Assembly: GCA_964492635.1 (NCBI GenBank)
Contig: CAZBLQ010000005.1
Location: 165-64,164 of the forward strand
Origin: an uncultured Oleiharenicola sp.
GTDB lineage: Bacteria > Verrucomicrobiota > Verrucomicrobiia > Opitutales > Opitutaceae
Direction: 5' to 3'
Length of the DNA stretch: 64,000 bases
Shown here: positions 57,065-64,000 of the stretch, piece after piece
Numbering within the stretch: the first letter of the stretch is position 1
Layout of the letters: each line of letters opens with the position of its first letter
Made by a program: the position numbers and the translations under genes
Notes under the pieces: generated by a model
Told to the model about the DNA's origin: nothing
Seen by the model: only the letters and a program-made list of their open reading frames with translations
Database searches by the model: none

Positions 57065-57180
57065 TCAGGCCGGCGGGGTGGCTTGTTGCCTTGCCAGGCT
57101 CAGACGATAACCGGAGTCGCAGCCGGGACGTCCGGCGACGGACAAGACAAGGGTGAATTCGCCGTCCGGCGGGTCGAGCG
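57065..57180 (-). pseudogene. Relic of the C-terminal ~35 codons of a GH2 beta-mannosidase paralogue.
   Basis: The minus-strand reading is ..LDPPDGEFTLVLSVAGRPGCDSGYRLSLARQQATPPA*. This aligns with the end of the intact GH2 gene (..LPDAPVGEFTLALSVVGRPGCDSRYRLSQTRQKPL..). Roughly 80% of nt are identical by eye over ~90 nt, with several synonymous differences. No GH2 body lies upstream of it. Confidence 0.55.
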
Positions 57181-57284
57181 GCCGCGCAAGCGCGGGGCAC
57201 TGCTCACGTGGAGGTTGAACAAACGGGTTTACAAGACGAAGCAACGGCATCTTAAATAGACCAAGCAGCAGCAGCCCTGATCCG

Positions 57285-57728
57285 ATGATATCCAAGCCCG
57301 TTTTTGTTGTCCTTTTTATTGTTGGCGTGGCCGCGGCCAACCTGTTCGCCGCTCCCAAGGAGGGTGACCTCGTGCAGGGAAGCAGCACCGCGGTCTTTCT
57401 CATCCGCAACGGCAAGCGCCACGGCATCGAAAGTGCCAAACAATTCGAGGAGATGGGGCTCAAATGGGAAAACGTCATCAAGATAACTGACGCCGACCTG
57501 AACGCGATTCCCCAGGACAATGAAGTCACCGTTCCCGTGAAATCCTACAAGACTCCGAAGAACGGAGATCTGGTGCAGGGAAGCAATGCCGCGGTCTATC
57601 TCATCCGCAACGGCAAGCGTCACGGCATCGAAAGTGCCAAGCAATTCGATGAGATGGGGCTCAAATGGGAAAACGTCATCAAGATAGCTGACACCGACCT
57701 GAACGCGATTCCCCTGGACCCTCTTTGA
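57285..57728 (+). CDS. Secreted protein made of two near-identical ~55-aa domains.
   Basis: Signal peptide MISKPVFVVLFIVGVAAANLFA. It then has PKEGDLVQGSSTAVFLIRNGKRHGIESAKQFEEMGLKWENVIKITDADLNAIPQD, a 12-aa linker, and PKNGDLVQGSNAAVYLIRNGKRHGIESAKQFDEMGLKWENVIKIADTDLNAIPLD. Confidence 0.7.
   Translation: MISKPVFVVLFIVGVAAANLFAAPKEGDLVQGSSTAVFLIRNGKRHGIESAKQFEEMGLKWENVIKITDADLNAIPQDNEVTVPVKSYKTPKNGDLVQGSNAAVYLIRNGKRHGIESAKQFDEMGLKWENVIKIADTDLNAIPLDPL
57354..57719 (+). repeat. Intragenic tandem duplication: 165-nt units spaced 201 nt apart.
   Basis: Unit 1 is 57354-57518 and unit 2 is 57555-57719. My manual count gives about 16 differences in 165 nt. Confidence 0.85.
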
Positions 57729-57873
57729 GCTCTTCAGCTGATCGCAAGGAGGATGTGCGCCTGCAGTGATTCCTCGGACAGACTCCGGGAGAAGCGACTG
57801 TCGACTTGGTCAAGGGCCGTGATCAGCCACGGCACGGAACTTCTCCTGCCTGACTCCCAGTGCAGCCCAAGTC

Positions 57874-58311
57874 TCAGTTGCGCTTCCGGTCGTCTTTTTT
57901 GTCGTCCTTGTCGTCGTGCTTGTTATCCGGGCGCTTCCAGTTCCGGGGATAGTTACGGACCATGTCATCATGGTGCCGCTCCGGTGAGTCATGGAAATTT
58001 GCTCGCACGGAAGGCATGGCCAACAGCAGATCCACCGTGATGCCCCGCGGTTGGGACCGCCGGACCCAGCTGTTGCCTTCGCGATACACGTATTCGTGCC
58101 GGTTGCGGCTGTAGTAGACCTCGTTGCCGGGGTAATAATCGTAGTCATCCTCGACCACCACCGCCGGAGATGGCGGGGGCGCCGCCGGTGTCACTTGCGT
58201 CACCGTGGTAGTGCTCGGAGCGGTCGGTGCGCAACCGGTCAGCGCGGCCACAAGGGAGATGCAGACAATGAGCCCGGTCGCGGAGACGGTGAGGAAGTTT
58301 GTCTTTGTCAT
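57874..58311 (-). CDS. Small lipoprotein of unknown function. Paralogue of 23330..23791.
   Basis: Lipobox LVAALTGC from ATG 58311. The core is VVVEDDYDYYPGNEVYYSRNRHEYVYREGNSWVRRSQPRGI..SVRANFHDSPERHHDDMVRNYPRNW. The tail is DNKHDDKDDKKDDRKRN. Confidence 0.7.
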   Translation of the reverse strand: MTKTNFLTVSATGLIVCISLVAALTGCAPTAPSTTTVTQVTPAAPPPSPAVVVEDDYDYYPGNEVYYSRNRHEYVYREGNSWVRRSQPRGITVDLLLAMPSVRANFHDSPERHHDDMVRNYPRNWKRPDNKHDDKDDKKDDRKRN

Positions 58312-58551
58312 GGTCCGACCATACACTCGCCACGGCGCACATGACATGGGGTGTTAGCCTGCAGTGATGCGTTGTTTTCCCAGCGAAAGGACGGCGAGAC
58401 TTACGGCGTGGCCCGGCGGGCTGGGATCAGCACGGCCCGATAATTTCGCAACCTGACCTCTTGGCTCGGTTCCGCCGATTCCACGTTCAAGCTGATCACC
58501 GCCTTAAAACCAGAGAAGGCGCCCGGAAGGAAACTGGATTTCACGGAAAGG

Positions 58552-60753
58552 TTAAACAGACTGCTCAAGCCCGACGAGCGGTTTTTGCCGAGTCTGGCTC
58601 AGGCGGTAGCGGGAGTCGCAGCCGGGGCGGCCGACAACGGACAATGCAAGGGTGAATTCGCCGACAGGTGCGTCGGGCAGGGTCGCGTGCACCGTGGGGC
58701 CGGCCAGGTTTTGCTGCGGGGCGAGGACGGGAAAAGACCAGCGAAGGAGTTCATCCGTGCGGCCAGCACATTCCAGGGTGACGACCAGTTCGCCGCCGGG
58801 TTGGGCGGCAGGGTGGTCGCTGAGCAGCCAGAGCTCCGCACTGAACATTTCGCCGGCGGTCCATTGAAATTTCGGAATGCGGGCACTGGACAGAACCGGC
58901 CGGCAGGCCTCCCGGGCCGCAAAGTAGGCGGGCTTGGGGAGCGCGGGCCAGTTGATGAGGCTGTTGTTGGCGGCGGTGGGCCAGGGCTCGTTGTAACACC
59001 AGTTGAGGGCCATTGCGCAGCGCGGAGCCTGGCGGCGCGCCTCCTCGTAGATGGATTTGTACCCTTCGCACTGAAGCCATTCGCCCCGGGCGACGAGTTC
59101 CTCGAGCGAGGAGGATTTCCCGAAGTAGTATTCCAGGGTGCTGGTGCTGATCCAGGTGGTGGGATCGACGACCCACGCGCCGAAGGCGTGATGGGTTTCC
59201 CAACTGGTACCGGGGCGGGGCGGCCACAGTTCAGCCTCGGGAATGAAAGTCTTGAGGTAGGCGACGGGCGAGGGCCCGGGGCAGCCGAACTCGGAATAGG
59301 CGGTGTGCGCGCCCTGCTGGAAAATCTGGAAAACATCGCGCCCGGCGGAATCGCGAAAGCGGTAGTCGCCGTGGCCCATGCCGTCGAGCGGCGAGGTGGC
59401 ATTGAACGGGGTGGTGGGATCGAGTTCGAAGCAGTTGCGATTGAGGAGGCGGAGGGCGAGAGACTGGTCGTCCATGCCGGACCAGGCGTTGAACAACTCG
59501 TTGCCCCCGCACCAGAGCGCGAGGCAAGGATGCTGGCGCAGGCGGCGGATGATGGCACGGGATTCGCGATCAAGGAGCGCCAGGTAGGCGGGATCGTCCG
59601 GGTAGGCGTTGCAGGCGAGGGGAAAGTCCTGCCACACGAGCAGGCCAAGGACGTCACACTGCTCAAAAAAAGCCGGGCGCGCCACGGGGGCGCCGCCCCA
59701 GCAGCGCAGGAGGTTGAAATGGGCGTCGCGGGCGAGCTCCAGCAGTGGCCGGTAAGTATCCGCGGTGACACGACCGGGAAAAATGTCGGGGTTAACCCAG
59801 TTGGAACCGCGGGCAAAGATGCGCCGGCCGTTCAGCTCCACAGTCGCGGGCGGGTGGCTGCGGGACCGCGGGAAAGCGGCGGGGTGGTCCCAGGCCCCGG
59901 CGTGCATGACAAGCCGCACGCGACGGAAGCCGACGCGGCACACGTGAGTATCAGCCCCGGGCGCTTCAAGTGAGACTTCCAGCGTATAGAGTTCAGGGTC
60001 GCCGTGATCGTGCGTCCACCAAAGGCGGGGATGGGCCAGACGGGCGGTGGAAGTGGCGGAGGACAACACGACGCGGCCTTCCGGATCGCGCAGCCGCCAG
60101 TTGAAGGAGGCAGGTTCACTGGACTCGACGGTGAGGGTGATGGTCGCGGAGGAAAAATCTTCCGCGAGTACATAGGCAAAATCAACGTGGCACAGGTGAA
60201 CCGCGGGGCGCACTTCGAAGCGGGTGTCCTCGCTGAGACCGAGCGGGATGAGGCGCGGATGCCAGTCCCAGCCGTAGCTGACGGCGGGTTTGGTGACATG
60301 GGCAGCCTGCGAGTGGTCGGCGGGAATGGCCTGACGCTTGGGTGCGGGGTGAATGAGTATTTCCAGCGTGGTGCCGGGCACAGCGTCAGTCACATCGATC
60401 TCGAAGGGAGTGAAGAGGCCCGTGTGGGTGAGCACGGTCCGGTTGCCAAGGCGGAATTCGCCTGTGTAGTCCAGGCCGTCGCCGGCGAATATCAATCGCT
60501 CGCCGGGTTGGAGCGCGACGGCGGGCACGGCGGTGCGGTAGAGCCACCAGAAGCCCTCCAAGCCGTCGTAGAAACGAACATTCTTCCCGTAATTCAGGTC
60601 GGGGAGACCGTGTGCACTGGCCCAGTCGAGCTGGACCGCACCCGGCACCGTTGCGGGAATCCACGACCAGGATTTGACCGGGGCGTCGGCGGCGGGCAGG
60701 CGGGCGAGTTGCCAGTCGACGGGGGAACGACGGGAAGTGAGGGACTTAATCAA
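58552..60753 (-). CDS. Beta-mannosidase-like GH2 glycoside hydrolase (no signal peptide seen).
   Basis: NLLRCWGGAPVARPAFFEQCDVLGLLVWQDFPLACN, LWCGGNELFNAW (acid/base) and HTAYSEFGCPG (nucleophile). The track ORF extends to 61236 but overlaps icd out of frame. There is no in-frame ATG after the icd stop, so I propose the TTG at 60753 (LIKSLTSRRSPVDWQLARL) as the start. This is uncertain. Confidence 0.86.
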   Translation of the reverse strand: MIKSLTSRRSPVDWQLARLPAADAPVKSWSWIPATVPGAVQLDWASAHGLPDLNYGKNVRFYDGLEGFWWLYRTAVPAVALQPGERLIFAGDGLDYTGEFRLGNRTVLTHTGLFTPFEIDVTDAVPGTTLEILIHPAPKRQAIPADHSQAAHVTKPAVSYGWDWHPRLIPLGLSEDTRFEVRPAVHLCHVDFAYVLAEDFSSATITLTVESSEPASFNWRLRDPEGRVVLSSATSTARLAHPRLWWTHDHGDPELYTLEVSLEAPGADTHVCRVGFRRVRLVMHAGAWDHPAAFPRSRSHPPATVELNGRRIFARGSNWVNPDIFPGRVTADTYRPLLELARDAHFNLLRCWGGAPVARPAFFEQCDVLGLLVWQDFPLACNAYPDDPAYLALLDRESRAIIRRLRQHPCLALWCGGNELFNAWSGMDDQSLALRLLNRNCFELDPTTPFNATSPLDGMGHGDYRFRDSAGRDVFQIFQQGAHTAYSEFGCPGPSPVAYLKTFIPEAELWPPRPGTSWETHHAFGAWVVDPTTWISTSTLEYYFGKSSSLEELVARGEWLQCEGYKSIYEEARRQAPRCAMALNWCYNEPWPTAANNSLINWPALPKPAYFAAREACRPVLSSARIPKFQWTAGEMFSAELWLLSDHPAAQPGGELVVTLECAGRTDELLRWSFPVLAPQQNLAGPTVHATLPDAPVGEFTLALSVVGRPGCDSRYRLSQTRQKPLVGLEQSV

Positions 60754-60826
60754 TCGGCAAGTGTCCGGACCGGAGCCGAAGTGCGGAGCTGAGCCGGAGG
60801 AGCTGGAAGAGGAGTTCCGGTGAAAC

Positions 60827-63169
<2,343 letters not shown>

Positions 63170-63351
63170 CTAAGAGCACAGGCAATGCCCGGTCAAAGGC
63201 ATTTAACGCCCGCAGGCTGGAGGCGACAGCGAGAGGCCAAATCCGATGAAATTCAGGCTGACAGCAAGCAGATTGGCACACGAAGCAGCAAAGGAACCAA
63301 GAAATCCTCTTCGCTACTTTGCTCCTTCGTGTTCACCACTGCCGAATCCGC

Positions 63352-64000
63352 TTACAGCCGGGCGGCGACGCAGCGGAAATGATGCCCGATGATAGCCAGT
63401 TCGATGGCCACACGGAATTGTCGCGGTCGGCGGAGCAGGGTGGTCAGGAAAAACCACCAGTAGGCCCAGCGACCGCGGTGCCAGACACCGAGCAGCCAGA
63501 AGGATTTCACGAACGCCGAAATATCCGCCCAGGAAAGACGTTTCCGTCCGTTCGTGGTGTGGTGGTTTTTTAAAAAAATGCGGATGCGCCGGTAGTAGTT
63601 GCGCGGCTCATAAAGCCGGCGCATGAGCTCGCGATAACCGGTTTCGAGGTAGTCGCGGTTGAGTTTGGGCAGGAAGTTAAGTGTGGCGGCTGTGTTGTTG
63701 CCGGAGGAATCAGCGAGCAACCGGTTCTCGAGCTTCAGTCTCTGATGCAGCCGCGTTTTGGGGAGCGCGGTGAGCAGCCCGACCATCGCCGTCACCACGC
63801 CGGAGCGCTGGATGAAATCGAACTGCTCCTTGAAGATGTCGCCGGTGTCGCTGTCAAAGCCGACGATGAAACCGCCCATGACCTCGAGGCCGGCCTGCTG
63901 GAGGATCTTGACGGCCGCGACGAGATCGCGGCCGCGGTTCTGCAGCTTGCGGCATTCCTCAAGCGAGGCGGCCGAGGGTGTCTCGATCCCGACAAATACC
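63352..64000 (-). CDS. B12-binding-domain radical SAM protein, C-terminal part (DUF4070-type tail). The gene starts beyond the window end.
   Basis: The reading frame stays open to the window edge: ..VFVGIETPSAASLEECRKLQNRGRDLVAAVKILQQAGLEVMGGFIVGFDSDTGDIFKEQFDFIQRSGVVTAMVGLLTALPKTRL. The C-terminus is YRRIRIFLKNHH... Confidence 0.8.
   Translation of the reverse strand, partial: VFVGIETPSAASLEECRKLQNRGRDLVAAVKILQQAGLEVMGGFIVGFDSDTGDIFKEQFDFIQRSGVVTAMVGLLTALPKTRLHQRLKLENRLLADSSGNNTAATLNFLPKLNRDYLETGYRELMRRLYEPRNYYRRIRIFLKNHHTTNGRKRLSWADISAFVKSFWLLGVWHRGRWAYWWFFLTTLLRRPRQFRVAIELAIIGHHFRCVAARL

Overview
This is a GC-rich bacterial chromosomal segment with about 55 tightly packed protein-coding genes on both strands. 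I recognised no rRNA, tRNA, CRISPR array, transposase, integrase or phage genes. By gene content it looks like a polysaccharide-degrading PVC-type bacterium (Verrucomicrobiota/Opitutales-like), but that is inference only.

Content by region:
- 1-9 kb is housekeeping: ffh (partial), der, fmt, a LysM protein, parB, secG, a LolA-like protein and an aspartate aminotransferase.
- 9-21 kb is enriched in carbohydrate-active and secreted hydrolases: a PHB-depolymerase-type esterase, GH27 alpha-galactosidase, GH26 mannanase with a CBM, an M20 peptidase, a DUF5009 acyltransferase, GH13 and an aldo-keto reductase.
- 21-64 kb is a mix of envelope, redox, repair and CAZyme genes: a TMTC-like TPR membrane protein, c-type cytochromes, metY, YihY, DUF748, an AI-2E transporter, DUF899, oligogalacturonide lyase, a CheY-like receiver, an SQR-like flavoprotein, M20 and S9 peptidases, rhomboid, SRAP plus a UmuC-like polymerase, GH2 beta-mannosidase, monomeric icd and a partial B12-radical-SAM gene.

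Many long ORFs in the supplied track are antisense or out-of-frame shadows typical of GC-rich DNA, and I rejected them.

I did not find a convincing multi-gene system of a clearly new kind. The observations most worth a second look are:
1. A 1.4-kb block (57.2-58.5 kb) lies between an intact GH2 gene and a relic copy of that gene's C-terminal coding end. It carries a secreted protein with a ~90% identical internal tandem duplication and a lipoprotein with a paralogue 34 kb away.
2. An SRAP gene sits where umuD normally precedes a UmuC-like polymerase.
3. An orphan ER/SipW-type signal peptidase homologue lies in an AT-rich pocket, next to a terminator-bounded non-coding segment.
4. A small XRE regulator plus a membrane protein have a 36-bp palindrome at their promoter.
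5. A secreted M20 homologue has two substituted metal ligands.
6. Several families of intergenic nested-palindrome (REP/MITE-like) elements and a recurring 14-22 nt motif are present.

All family calls come from motif recognition by eye. No searches were run.
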